Source: Lama glama (lineage: Eukaryota). Taken from it: a DNA stretch of 64,000 bases. This document shows, in pieces, positions 13,201 to 26,190 of this stretch (the first letter of the stretch is position 1; each line of letters opens with the position of its first letter). The stretch is taken from the NCBI GenBank assembly GCA_028534125.1, contig CM052818.1, forward strand, positions 1,862,001 to 1,926,000, given 5' to 3'. Under the pieces are notes generated by a model. It was not told the origin of the DNA, did not search any database, and saw nothing but the letters and a program-made list of their open reading frames with translations. The position numbers and the translations under genes were made by a program.

Positions 13201-14059
13201 GGTAAAGGGGCCACTGGTGCCCGGGGTATCACCCTAATCTTTCCTTTCTAAACCTTCCTCCCTCTCGCCCTTCCTTTCCTCCTTCCTTTGTCAGACACTG
13301 AACACCTCTGATCTGGTACCAGTGTGTAGGTATCTGGCCTCACAGGAGAACAAAGAGGCCAAAGAAGTTCCACAGAGAAGCTTGTGTCTTGTGGAATGAG
13401 TGGGAGTTTAGTTCTGTCAGGCAGATTTAGGGAGGGGTGCAGTCAGGGGAAGGGCATCCCAGTTTGAGAGAATGGTGAGATGTTGAAACTGGCGGGAGGT
13501 TGGGGGAGGAGGAGGGGAGTTGTGGTCGTACAGTGGAGGACATTATGTATGTATGCTACGCCAAGGACGGTGGCCTTTATCCTGTGGTGGGTTATTAAAA
13601 GTTTTTAAGCAGGGATGGCACAACCAAATCCGAGCTTACATAGATCTCTCTGGTGGCAGGACTGGAAACTAAGGGCAGGTGATCCAGTTAACCAGGATGG
13701 CAGCCTTCCTTCTCTTGCCAGGAGAAACCACCCCCTGGGGGAAAGGGCTGAAAATGGCAGCCCTTCCCAGCCTCCTGTGCTGCTAGATACGGGTGTGCGA
13801 CCTGAATTGGCCAGTGAAACCCAAGGGAATCCAGGAAAAAAATTCTTCTCTAATTAAAAGAGAAAATTGAGGAGGAAAATGTCTTCTTACTTGCCTTTAG
13901 GCTTTGTCTTGTGTGAATGTGACGTTGGGATCCACTGTCTCACGCACCTCAGCGGAAAGCCAGGAGAATCAAGTCGAGGCTGACGCCATCCCTAACATCA
14001 CTGGTGGCTGAGGTGGCCAGTCCTGGCTGCCTGCCTCCTGGCTGCCTACTGTGGGATAG

Positions 14060-14310
14060 TGGTGGCTAACATTTACAGGCTGCCGTACCAAGAACTTTAC
14101 ATGTATTGATTCTTTAATTACTCATAATAACCTTACAGGGAAACTAAAGAATCAATACGCGTATTATTACTAAACTTATGACACAAGTAGGTTATCATTT
14201 ATACCTTACAGGTGAGGAAGTGCGTGCACAGAGGATCAAAGTGACGTGGGCGCAGGTGATGCCACATCTAATCAACTAGTTGATGTAAGAGCCAGGATCT
14301 AGTATCTTCC
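14060..14310 (-). mobile_element. MIR SINE
   Basis: gctaacattta..actttacatgtatt..ctcataataacc..ttacaggtgaggaag. Confidence 0.7.
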
Positions 14311-16009
14311 TTGGGTAAGCTCTGTTAGTTGGGCGTCTTGTAACTGATGGGCGGAAGCATCCTGACTGATGGAACAGGCCTCTGCTGTGGTCTAGGGGAG
14401 AGAGGGCTGGGGCGTGGGCCGGGGCGTGGGCCTGGGGTGGGAAGAGGAGACGGATTAGAGAGACATTTGAAGGGTACACGGTCAACCCGAGTGCCCTGCT
14501 GGGTGTGCGAGGTGAGGCAAAGGAAGAAGCAAAGAAACTTCCCGGGTGTGTGGTAAAGGTGTAGGGGTGAGAGGGAAGGAGCGGATCTCTGGAGGAAGAG
14601 GAATTTGGTTTGGATGGTTGAGCGGGGCGTTCCTTTGGAGTTGTCAGGACCCACAGGGGACCCTGGGAAGCAGCCAACACTCGAGGGAAGCAGGAACCAA
14701 GGAGCAGCCTAAGAATCAGGGTAGAGGGCCGGGGAAAGGCCGGCGGAGGAAGGGCCTCTGATGGAGGAGAGAGGTTAGGACAGCCGGGCACAGGCAACTG
14801 TGGGGCGACCGGTGGCTTCCCAGTGAGGGTGAGGGCCCGGCGGAGAGCTGAGGGAGCTGAGGGCAGCAGAGAGGGGAACGCGAAGGAGCAGGCACTCTTC
14901 CAAGATGTCTGAAAGGAAGCAGAGGGATGAAGGTAGAAGGGAGGGGCTCAGAGGAGGGAAAGTTTCAGAATAGCGTTCTCTTGGAGTCTGTGGGGAAGGA
15001 GGCAGAGGCAGAGTCGAGGTGGAAGGTGGAGGCGGGGTCACAGAGGAGGCCACGCTGTGAGAGGGGGCCGGGACCCCAGGGAGACAGGAGCCTGGGGGTC
15101 TGGTCCTAGGTTCTGATTCTCTTTGCCTTAGGCAAGGTTGGCTGCTGAGTAAAGAGCCCGGTGAGAGTGAAGCTGTGCAGAATTGAAGGTTTGGAGGTGG
15201 TGTAGTTCCTTGGGATGAACCATCTTCTTGCTCCTCCCCTGCTGTACCTTCCCCTGGCCTCCCACGGCCTGACCTCCTCCTGCCCTCTCAGTGTGGGCTG
15301 CAGGGGCTTGAGAAAGCCAGCCAGCCCACAGTGGTGCTGGGAATGGAGCCAAGAGCTGCTGGGGACACCCAGCAGCACTCAAAAGGCGGCTTCCTCCAGG
15401 CAGCCTTCCCAGGTTGGTGGGGAGCTGGTGGGTACCCAGCAGCCTTGCTCCCCAGTACTTGGCCTGGTTGCTTTGATTGATTTGATTGACTTTCATTGAT
15501 CCTTGCTCTTACCTTGGCATTTCTGGAGCCAGTTGAGTGTCCGTGAAAACGGCTTTCTCTCCCAAGACTGTGCCCGCCCTCCTCCCTGAGGCACACTCCA
15601 GGCAGGAGGTGGGCTTGGGGGATAAGAGGCTGGGCAACTTCCCAGGGGTTTACTAGAGCTCCAGGGAGGGGACTGCAGGGAGGTGAGCTGTCCTTCCAGG
15701 GCTGTTGGGGGTCCTGAGTCCCACCTTCTTCCTCTAAAACCTGAGACCTGGCCGAGCTCCACGCCTCGGCAGCTGTCCTGGCTTGGGGGACACAAGAAGA
15801 CAATGCCCCCCCCCCCGAGTGCTTACTGCTCCGGCCTCTCGGGTCCCCGCCGGGGGACTGGGGCCTCCTGCTGTGCGACAGGTCACCCCACTGGGGCTGC
15901 CAGCCCCTCCTGCCTCTCAGTCCTCATCCTCTTTTAAGGGAAAACAAGGCCCTTGGGGCCACTTCCCTCTCTGGGCAGCGGTACCTCGTGCACAATAAAT
16001 ACTGCCTGG

Positions 16010-16230
16010 TGGTCCAGGGTAGGCGTGGGTTCCTGGGTTCAAATCCCAGCTCCACCCATGTGCCAGCAGAGCAACCGATGGGCATGTTTCTCAACCTCTT
16101 TGAACTCTTGTTTCCATTTGTAAAACAGGGCTAATGATTGAACGCGCTGCATGACGTTAACACAAGGCTTTAAATGAAATGACCCATGAGCCGGGCGCTG
16201 CGGCGTTTTGTCCACTGGTGTTCATGCAGG
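16010..16230 (+). mobile_element. MIR SINE
   Basis: cctgggttcaaatcccagctccac..aacctct..gtttcc..tgtaaaacagggctaat. Confidence 0.75.
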
Positions 16231-16418
16231 GCAGCCCTGTCGGGCGCCCTCCATCCCGGGGCTGCTGGGGCAGCAGACAGACCGGAGACGGCACAGGCTG
16301 GGGCGGGGGGTGCGTGTGTCCCAGTGGCGCTGATCCGTGAAGCAGAGCCTGGAATGCCCCACGCTCATCTGCCGGATCCCAGATGGAAACAAATACAAAA
16401 CCTCTTTATAAACAAAGA

Positions 16419-16918
16419 NNNNNNNNNNNNNNNNNNNNNNNNNNNNNNNNNNNNNNNNNNNNNNNNNNNNNNNNNNNNNNNNNNNNNNNNNNNNNNNNNN
16501 NNNNNNNNNNNNNNNNNNNNNNNNNNNNNNNNNNNNNNNNNNNNNNNNNNNNNNNNNNNNNNNNNNNNNNNNNNNNNNNNNNNNNNNNNNNNNNNNNNNN
16601 NNNNNNNNNNNNNNNNNNNNNNNNNNNNNNNNNNNNNNNNNNNNNNNNNNNNNNNNNNNNNNNNNNNNNNNNNNNNNNNNNNNNNNNNNNNNNNNNNNNN
16701 NNNNNNNNNNNNNNNNNNNNNNNNNNNNNNNNNNNNNNNNNNNNNNNNNNNNNNNNNNNNNNNNNNNNNNNNNNNNNNNNNNNNNNNNNNNNNNNNNNNN
16801 NNNNNNNNNNNNNNNNNNNNNNNNNNNNNNNNNNNNNNNNNNNNNNNNNNNNNNNNNNNNNNNNNNNNNNNNNNNNNNNNNNNNNNNNNNNNNNNNNNNN
16901 NNNNNNNNNNNNNNNNNN
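16419..16918. other. 500-N assembly gap of nominal size
   Basis: Run of exactly 500 N with no visible overlap between the flanks. Confidence 0.97.
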
Positions 16919-18482
16919 TCTGGTTTCTGATGCCCAGTAGGCCGGGCTCCGCGGGGCCAGCACTCCATGCAGCCCCTCTCCCCCGAGGCCTGGCTCGCTC
17001 CAACGCTGTTGTCAGTGCTCCATCAGGGCCAGAACCACCGTGGTTACCGGCAGCGCTCAGAGCAGCAGAAACAGAACAATGCATGACTCACAGTTCCACG
17101 CTTCTGTTGTGGGTTCTAATTTTAGGCCATTGTTCCATTCCTCTCTTTGCCTTTCCCAGAATTCTAACGGGTGGGGGCAGGCCAGCTTGCCCAGATGGAG
17201 ACCACGCTGGGGATGGGGTGCAGGGCCGAGAGGTAGGAAGGACGCCCTGCTCCAGGGGCCTGGCTGGGACTGGGTGACTCGGTCAGGCCTTGGGGCTGTG
17301 AAGAAAGATGACCTTTATGACAAGGGTCCCCGCTGCTCTCTCGAGTGGCCTGAGGGTCTGGAAACCAGCGTCTTGGGTCCTTGCAACTTCTCTGATTACT
17401 CAACGCTGCCATTTGAGCTATAGGGAGGGAGCTGTGGAAACCCTGTAGCTCTGAGTCACTTGGGTTCGCAGGAAAGGGAAAAGGCCCATGAACCTCAGGG
17501 AGGCAGCAGACTCGTGCCCTGGTGTGTGAGTACAAGTGCGCCTGTGGTTCACAAGCTCCGTGGCTGCAGCGCGGGGTGAAGAAGGACTCTGTGGCCCCCG
17601 GCCTACCTCACCTCATCTGCAACTGCCCTGCTCACTGGTGGTCCAGGCATCATAAGTGGACATCGAGGGTGGGTCTACACAGCCAGGAATCCATCCAGGC
17701 ATGAGTTCCTTCCTGGGCTCTCGGCATCAGAGCTGATTACCAAGTGTGGGTGGAGAGCTGGTGTGGAGTCTGCCTGCCTGGTGCTGTCATTTTTCTGGAA
17801 GTTTCTTTAGAGCCCCCATTGCCCCGGAGCAGAATGTGGCGTGTGATTCATAACTCTGTGCAGTCTGATGTGTGCACGTGCACACACACACGTGCACGTG
17901 CATGCTAGGGCGGTAAACTCCTGCCCCGAACTGTGAATAACCAGGGTCCTTCCTGGAAGCCTTGAGCTGGGATGCGAACCACCTCACCTCTCACCTTGCC
18001 TCATCTTCCCTCCTCTCACTTCCTCTGAGGTGGTTCCTTAGGTGGAATCTGGTGGAAAGAACAGGAGTGGGAATCCAAGAGCCCTGGTGCGCAGCTCCAC
18101 CCTTGCACTGGTTGTGTGGCCCTGGGCAATTTCTTATTCACCTCGTGTTGGTTGTCCCAGAAGTGAAAGCTTTGCTGGCTCTTCCTTTCCTCCACAGAGA
18201 GCTTGGGAGGGTGAAAGGGCTCTGAAGCGAGCAGTGGGCCCCGCTGCCTGTGGCTCTTGGCCCTGGCAGGGTTCCCTGGCAAAAGAAGAGGCACATCTCC
18301 TCTCTTGCTGACTTTAGTGCCCCTTTTCCTTACCCGCTTTTCTTCCCCTCAAGATCAGAAACGTTTACTCTGTCTCCTCCTTGCAAATTCCCTGTGCCCC
18401 TCTAATGTCAGTGCAAACATGTCTCTATTCACTCCGATCCACAAAGCCTCTTTGTCCTTATCCTGGCCCTGAGTGGCCTGCC

Positions 18483-18935
18483 CCAGTTATCTACTGCTGT
18501 GTAACAAACAACTCCCAAACTTTAGAGGCTAAAAGCAACCACCATTTTATTACACCTCACGATTTTGTGGGTCAGAAATTTGGGCAGGACTCAGTTGGAC
18601 AATCCTTCTGTTACTTATGATGTTGATTAAAATTGCTCACGGTCCTCAGCTGGTAAAAGGGCTGGTCTGGAGGGGCTAGGATGCTTACTCAGACATCTGG
18701 TACTCCCAGTTGACTTTTCCCAGGGCAAGAGTTCTGGGAGACTGGATAGAAGCTGCCAGGCTGGGGCTGTCACATGGAGCACTTACAGGTGACCTTGCCA
18801 GCATGGCAATCTCAAAGGTAGGCATTCTGGGTGACAGCCTAGGCTGAGCCAGCACGCATTCAGAAGGAGGGAATTAGGTTCCACTCTCAACGTGGGGACT
18901 AACAAAGACTTTCAAACCATTTTTCATCTACCAGA
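18483..18935 (-). mobile_element. MLT1 (F/G/H-like) MaLR LTR
   Basis: agttatctactgctgtgtaacaaacaactcccaaact..gattttgtgggtcagaaatttgggcagg. Confidence 0.75.
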
Positions 18936-19859
18936 TCATCTTTCAAGGTCTTGAGCTGAGGCCTCTCGTTTTGCTCTTGCAGATGAGCTGTGACTTTGTA
19001 ACTTTTATTCTGGGTCCTTGATAGTCTTGACTTTCCCAGCTTGGCTGTGCACATTTTCAGGGAGGTGGGGAGAGGGAGGTCTTGGCCAGACGCTGCAAGC
19101 ATAGTCTATAGCCAGCAGATATTTAACAAAGACAGCAGGAGAGGCCCCCAGGAGCTAGAAGATGAGCTGTATGGGTCAAGCATCATGACACATGATGACA
19201 CAGATTATCCAGGAGCTGCCCTCCAAACACCAGGTACCATCCTGGGACCATGAAATCCTGGTTCAGTGGACTCATTTGGGAGCAAGGACGTGGGGCCCTA
19301 GACCCCCTGGTCAAAGTGGGCAGGGCGAGTGCTGTCTTGATGATGGCTGTTCTCACTCACAGGCTCTTGGCTGCTGCAGATTTAAGTCGGTTGACTAAGG
19401 TCAGAATGAAGCTTGTGGTTTCCACCTGCTTCAGCAGCAGGGAGCTGTATGGCACGAGGTGTCAGTGCCCAGGCTCTGGAATCACGATGTCTACATTCAA
19501 AACCCTGAACCACCACTTGCTCTTATGCAACCTGAGCGAAGTTGCTGCATCTCCCTGAACCTCAGGTTCCTTTTCCTTATGACAGAACAGTTAGAACCCC
19601 TATCTCATCATGCTGTTGCAAGATTTAATAAGATAATGAAAGTTAGCAGCTGTCATTGCTGTCAGTATTGTCCTCAATCAGGTTCCAACCAGGAGGAGAG
19701 GGAAAGAAGACGAAAAAGAAAATTTTCAGGAAAACTAATAATTGCAGAGAGAAACACCATTATTTAAAACATATAAAGAGAAAATAATTTGTGACAATTT
19801 GTATGGCTGTGGTACTAATTAATTTACAAAACCCCTTCACAAACTTCAGCACCTTACTT

Positions 19860-21080
19860 AACCATCTGTTTTGTTTTGACAAAGGTATATACGTACATGG
19901 TTTAAAAAAGCTAGTAGTTTTCCCTCTCCCCTCCTCTGAGTCCCACTTCCCAGAGGTAGCTACTTTTAACTTTTCAGTGACATCAGTCTCCGTATTTTAA
20001 AGTGCCATGCTTATAATATCTTTGAAATATCTTTTTGGTTGAACTAATATTTAATCTTGAACTTATGACCCTTTAATCCATTCTTCATGGTTGAGCCATG
20101 TAGTGTACTATGATTACATTTCCTGTCTTGTGCAACTTTTGTTTTCTCTCGGGTCAATAATTGCCCATTTTTGGTTGCTTAGTTTTTATACTTTCTGCTT
20201 ATTAATCCCTTAATTCTCCAAAGGAAGTGAAATAACCTCTCGATATGTTCAGACATGTTGTAATTAACATTGGTAATCAATCAGCTCCATTTTATTCTTG
20301 TCTACATTCTTCATCATATGTTGGTGATCCTTGGCTATCTGATCACATTTAAGAGTGGGACACTAAAAATCTACTTGAAAACTATGTGCAAGTGTGAAGC
20401 TTTTTGACCACAGGTGACAGCCTAGGGCAATCTTTCTGGGCTGATTGGCTGAGGGTATCACCAAGTGTCAGTATCTGTGGGTCCTGGGCTAGTTGGTTTA
20501 ATCAAAGAGGGGCCCACAATCTCTGCCCAAGGGTGGGAGTGGTGCCTAAATCTTGCTGCAGGAGCGTGGGAACGAGTTAGAGGAATGGACTGCATGCCCC
20601 CTTCACCTAATTCCCCTGCTTATGGCTTGGAATCTTCCCCCGATCCTTAGCTGCTCCCAGAACTTGAGTTCAGAGCTTCTTTGTTTCAATCTCTCTACAG
20701 AGGTAAACTCCAGTCTTCTGCCAGTATTGGGGGTCTAATTACTCTTCATAAAGACTTGTAGTCTAACCTCCTATTTTCAGCCTCATCTGCACCCTCAGTT
20801 TCAAAGGTACCTGATGCTGCCAAGTCTTAGATTTGTTTACGGCCCTGGAGCCTAATTAACCCATCACTGGTCTTCCCCAGCAATTTGCTTAAGCTTCAGC
20901 TTTCTGGAGCCTATTGTCAGTCACCACTTTGTTACCCACTTTTCACCTTCCCATATTTTGTGACTGTTTACTCCTCTATTCTATTTGTCCTTGTGGGTTT
21001 GTGCCTAAAAAAACGATTCACTTTGTTCTAGTGGGACTTCCAGGGTCAGTAGCTCAATCTGTCATGTTTAACTAGAAATC
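19860..21080 (-). mobile_element. Ancient L1ME/HAL1-like fragments
   Basis: cccagaggtagctacttttaac and ggtgatccttggctatctgatcacatttaagagtgg motifs. Confidence 0.5.
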
Positions 21081-22899
21081 CCAGGGGTCATTATTTGTAA
21101 TGAGGAAATGTAAACTCGCAAAGGATGTGAGCTGTGTAAAGACACAAAAACAGTAAAAGGACTTGAACCCAGATCTGGTTCTAAATCTTGCACTATTTCC
21201 TAACCTACCCTTCAGCCATTCCTCTAATAATCATTTATCATAAGACAATTTCGTGCAGCAGAATTTACTGCAGGTTCAAGGAGTTACTGGAGGGAAGGCT
21301 GCATCACAGGGTATAACTCAACATTGAGTATTAGATGTTTTAACACTCTGTTCTTCCACAACTGGGAATTTGCTACTGACTATTCCTTCTCCTTTGGCAC
21401 CCAAGTTATTCCACACTTTGGCCTTCTTTCCTCTTTATATTTCTCTTCATATTCCAGGTGACCTTATTCTCCTTTTCTCAAGCTGTCTGTGAAAACTCAA
21501 AATTTTCTTTCACAGTTTCCTGTACAATAATTGAGCTATTTCTTCTGTATTCTTTCCATACCATGGAAGTAGCAGGAAAATAGGTAGCGGGGAAGAAATG
21601 ATTTTGACTAACCAAGAATCCTGTTGTATTAGGGTAAAAGGGTAAACTTTGTTGGGGGGGGGGGAAGAGTCCAAAATTATATAACTGAAAACAACTTATT
21701 TCTCTTGCGTATGTGTAGTTGGTGGAGGTCTGTGCTCCATCTGATCATGCGGGGAACCAGGCTGATGGCAGCTCTGCCATCTTGAGCGTTGGCTTCCAAG
21801 ATGTTCAAGTCCTTGCCCTTCAGTCAGCTGAAGGACTGGAGAAGTGAATGAGCAGAGCCCTCACTCACCCCATCCTCCTAGGCAACTGGAAGCCACCCTT
21901 AAGCCAAATCTAGCAGAATAAAAGCAATGAAGAAACTTTTTTTTATCCATGACTAAACAATCTGAATAGGATCCAATGCATAAACAATTGCCTTCAGACT
22001 GTAAGTCCTAGTTCTGGACAAATATATACATCCTTTGTATGGGCAAACAGAAGTCACCAGCCATGTGCATAAATTCAACAGCTCTAAATAAGGGATTCAC
22101 TGAGAGAAATAAGAAAATATATAAGAAAATATGAAATAAATTTTCCCATTAAATCATATTTTTAAAAGAAATATTTATATTTCCAATGAGATGAAGGAAG
22201 AGTCTGAAATTAGGATCCAGCAGTAATTGATTTTTTTCAGTAGTTAATCAATATATTTTCTTTTCTGGCAGGATCCAGATGCTTCAGATTCTGTCTTCTG
22301 TCATCCCTCAGCTCTGCAGTTACTTTGAGTTGGATTCTTTCTCAACTAGGCTGTCTACATGGTGGCCTGTATGGCCATTAGCATCTCTGAGTCTTTGCTT
22401 TCATAATAGTCCCAGCAAAATCAGTCTCATTGGCCTGACATTGGTCAGTGCCCATCACTGTACCTACCATATGGCCAGGGATTTGCCATGCTTTCATTGT
22501 CATATATCTGTTCACTCCTGAGATCTGGGGATAGAGTCACCTTCACCCAACCCACATGAATGGAGAATGAGGAAGAGATGGTTCCTAAAAGGAAGAGATG
22601 GGTGCTGGACCATCGAAAACAATTGTTCACTTACCCAACCTAATTATTGTTCATGTGGAAGGGAACACAGAGACATTCTTAGATATGTTAGGATTCAGAA
22701 AGTAAACCATCAATTACCCCTTCTAAAAAGTTGCTTGAAGAATGTAACTGAGAAATGAATCAAAAGGAGAACTCCAATATGGAAGATGTACTATAAAAGA
22801 AATGGTGGCATGTATAAAGTCCTCAGATTAGGTTAAATCAGAAAGGGAGATGGAAATGAAATAGGAAAGAATAAGAGCAAATTTGAGCCCACCAGGACA

Positions 22900-23233
22900 A
22901 AGAGGAACATGTGTCTATCTTTCACCGTTCTAGTAAGCTGGCACCAACTGTTCATGCAACAGGACCAGAATTTTGAGTAGTAAGAGGAGATCCAATGGAG
23001 CTGAGGGCCTGGCTGCTGCCCACACCAAGACCACCCAGCAGGTGTACAGTATTTGTGAGCTGCAGTAGTAGCTGGCCCTACACTGACGTTTGGCTGCTCC
23101 ATCACTCCTGCCTTCCAAGTCCCATGTAAATTTCTTTTGGAGCCACTCTAAACCACAAACATATTAGGAAGGGGATTCTGTGAAATGTAGTTCTTCCAGC
23201 TTAGCTAAGTTGTCACAATACAAAGCCATCACA
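22900..23233 (-). mobile_element. MLT2-like (ERVL) LTR
   Basis: ggaaggggattctgtgaaatgtagttc..ccagcttagctaagttgtcacaatacaaagccatcaca. Confidence 0.6.
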
Positions 23234-23239
23234 ATAATT

Positions 23240-26190
23240 AAATTAAAAAAAATGAAAGCAAAACACATTGAATAGTTAACTCAAAAACTTAGAGAAGAGT
23301 AATAAAACAAACCTAATGAAAGTAAAAGGAAAAACTTAATAAAGACAAAAACAAAACTTAATGAATTAGGAAATGAAGACTCAACAGACTTATTAAACAA
23401 ACCAAAGTGTTCTTTTGTGTAAAGGCTAAAAAAATAAGAAAATCTTTAGCAGTGCTAATAAAACAAAAAAGAGCACCAACATATTATGAATGAGAAATAG
23501 CATAAAACTCTAGAAAGAGTGATTTCTTTTTAAAAAAATATAGCAATAGACAATTGGAAATTCAAAATAAAAATACTAGTTTCAAGAGCATTGAAACCTT
23601 AAAACAATCAAGGACAAAAATAACAAATTATGTACAAGACATGTACACTGAAAATGATAAAACCTTGCTGAGAAATTAAATACAGAGAGATATACCATGT
23701 TTATAAATTACAGGATTTAATGTTACTAAGATTTCAGTGGTTCCCCTGCCAATTTTCTATAGATTCAAAACGATCCAAATAAAAATCCTAGCAGGCTTTT
23801 ATTTGGAGGGGAGTGAGGTAGAAATTGGCAAGCTGATTCTAAAATTTATATGGAAATACAAAAGATCTAGAAAATCCAAAACAGTTTTGTAAAAAAAAAA
23901 AAAGAACAAAGTTATAGAGCTTAAACCATTTGATTTCATGAACATAATGCAATAATAATAAGACAGAGTGCAATTGGTGTGAGGACAGACATACAGATCA
24001 ATGGAACATATACGGTCATTTTCTACAAAGAGGCCAAAGTAATTTAATGGGGATACTTTCTTCAACACATGAAACTGGAACAATTGGATTTTCATACGTA
24101 AAAAAGTGAACCTTGATCCTTCCCTCCTATCATAGAAAAATGAACATGAAATAAATTATAAACCTAAATAGCTAAAATTATAAAGCTTCTAAAAGGAAAT
24201 AGAATAAAATCCCTGCGTCATTGGGTTAGGCAGATTTCTTACGACACAAATTAAAAAAATTAAATTGGACTTCATCAAAAGGCACTGTTGAGAAATTTTA
24301 AAAACAGATTGGGAGGAAAACATATTTGCAAACATATCTGTTATATAAGTAATTCTTATACATTAATAATAAGGCAAACAACTGAACAAAAAGTGAGTAA
24401 AAGATTTGAATAAAGACTTTCCTGAAAAAGATATATGAATGGCAAAAAGCACATGAAAAGGTGCTCAACATCATGAGTCATTAGGGATAATACACATTAA
24501 AACCACAGCGAGATGCTCTGAAATTAAAAAGACTGATCATATCAAGTGTTGGCAAGGGCGTGAAACAACAGGAACACATTACATTGCTGATGGGAATGCA
24601 AAATGGTGCAGCCACTTGGCAAAACAGTCAATTTCTTATAAATTTAAACTATATCCCAGGAATCCCATTCCTGTTTATCTAAGAGAACTGAACAACGTGT
24701 CCACGCACACATAGGCTTGTGCACAGAGGTTTAGACAGCAGGTTATTTGTCATAGTCTCTGAACTGGTTTCCTGAGGCTGCTGTAACAAACTATCGCAAA
24801 CTTGGTGGATTAAGACAACATAAATTTATTCTCTCACAGTCCTGGAGGCCAGATGTCCACATAGTGTCACTGGGATAAAATCAAAGCATAAGCACGACCA
24901 TGCTCCTTTTGAAGGCTCTAGGGGAGAACCCATTTCTTGCCTCTTCCAGCATCTAGCAGCTTCTTGGCTTGTGCCTGCATCACTCCAGCATCTTCACATT
25001 TCTCCCTGCTCAGTCTGCACATCTCCTTCTCTGCTGTGTGTGTGAAATCTTTCCCTGCCTCCCCCTTATAAAGATATATAGGATTGCCTTTAGGGCCAGT
25101 CTTAATAATCCAGGATAATCTCTCCATCCCAAGATCCTTAATTTACTCACATCTGCAAGATATTTTTTCCATATAAAGTGATATTTATAGGTTCTAGGGA
25201 TTGGTATGTGAATATTTTTAAGGGGGCCATTTTTTCAGCCTACCATAGCCTCAAACTGGGAATAACCCAATTTTTCATCAACTGATGGATGGATAAACGC
25301 ATTTTGGTATATTCATACAAAGGAACGCAATTCAGTAATAAAATGGGCTGAACTCCTGATATATCATGCATGAATCTCAAAAACATTACCCTGAGCAAAT
25401 GAAGTCAAATACAAAACAGATTTTATCGGATTTCATTCCTACAAAATTCTAGGAAAGGCACAGTTATAATGAAAGAAATCAGACCAGTGATTTCATGGGG
25501 CAGAGGTTGGAAGAAGGTAGTGACTGCAAAGGGGCATAAGGGAACTTTTTTTGGTATGATGGAAATATTCTATATTTTTGGTGGAGGTTGCAATCATGCA
25601 TTCGTTTGTTAAATTTGTTTGTTAAAGCCTGTCGAACTGTACACTTAAAATGGGTGAATTTTTAAATGTAAATTGTACTTCAATAAAGCTAATATTAAAA
25701 AGGAAAGACTAAAAGCCTAAGAAATTTGAAGATCTAGATGAATTGGTTGCGCTTTAAGGAAACTATAACTAAATTAGAGTCAAGAAGAAGAAGAAAGTCT
25801 GAATAGAGCAATAATATAGAGTAAATCGAGAAGTTTATGGAGAACTTTGCCCCTTTCCCCAAAATTCTCCAAACAGAGCCATGGGGACGGAAGGTAGATC
25901 TGCCACCTGGTGATTTATTTCAAACCTGAGAGAATTTCCCTGCAACTTAAATTGCTCTAGGGAATAAATAAAGAAAGAAAATACTTTTATTTTATTTAAT
26001 GAAATTTATTTAACCTTAATACAAAACCGCAACAAAACCGCAAGCTGCTGAGTAATATGCATATGAATCAAGCATCAATAAAACATTAGCAAATCAAGTG
26101 CACTCCTGTGTGAAAAGAATAACATTACTAAATTAGAGTACATTCCAGAAATGCAGGGTAAATTTGAGGGACTAAGAAAAATAGGTAGAG
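23240..26190 (+). mobile_element. Ancient L1 (L1M/L1MC-E) ORF2 and 3' UTR remnants
   Basis: gaaattggcaagctgattctaaaatttatatggaaa, cacatgaaaaggtgctcaacatca, actgtacacttaaaatgggtgaattt. Confidence 0.8.
24760..25247 (-). mobile_element. MLT1C-like MaLR solo LTR
   Basis: gctgctgtaacaaa..aaatttattctctcacagtcctggaggccaga..ctaggggagaa..ataatccaggataatctc. 5-bp TSD gtctc/gcctc. Confidence 0.85.

Noticed and set aside
16186..17277. Long ORFs of 185-363 aa
   Set aside because: Their length comes from translating the N gap.
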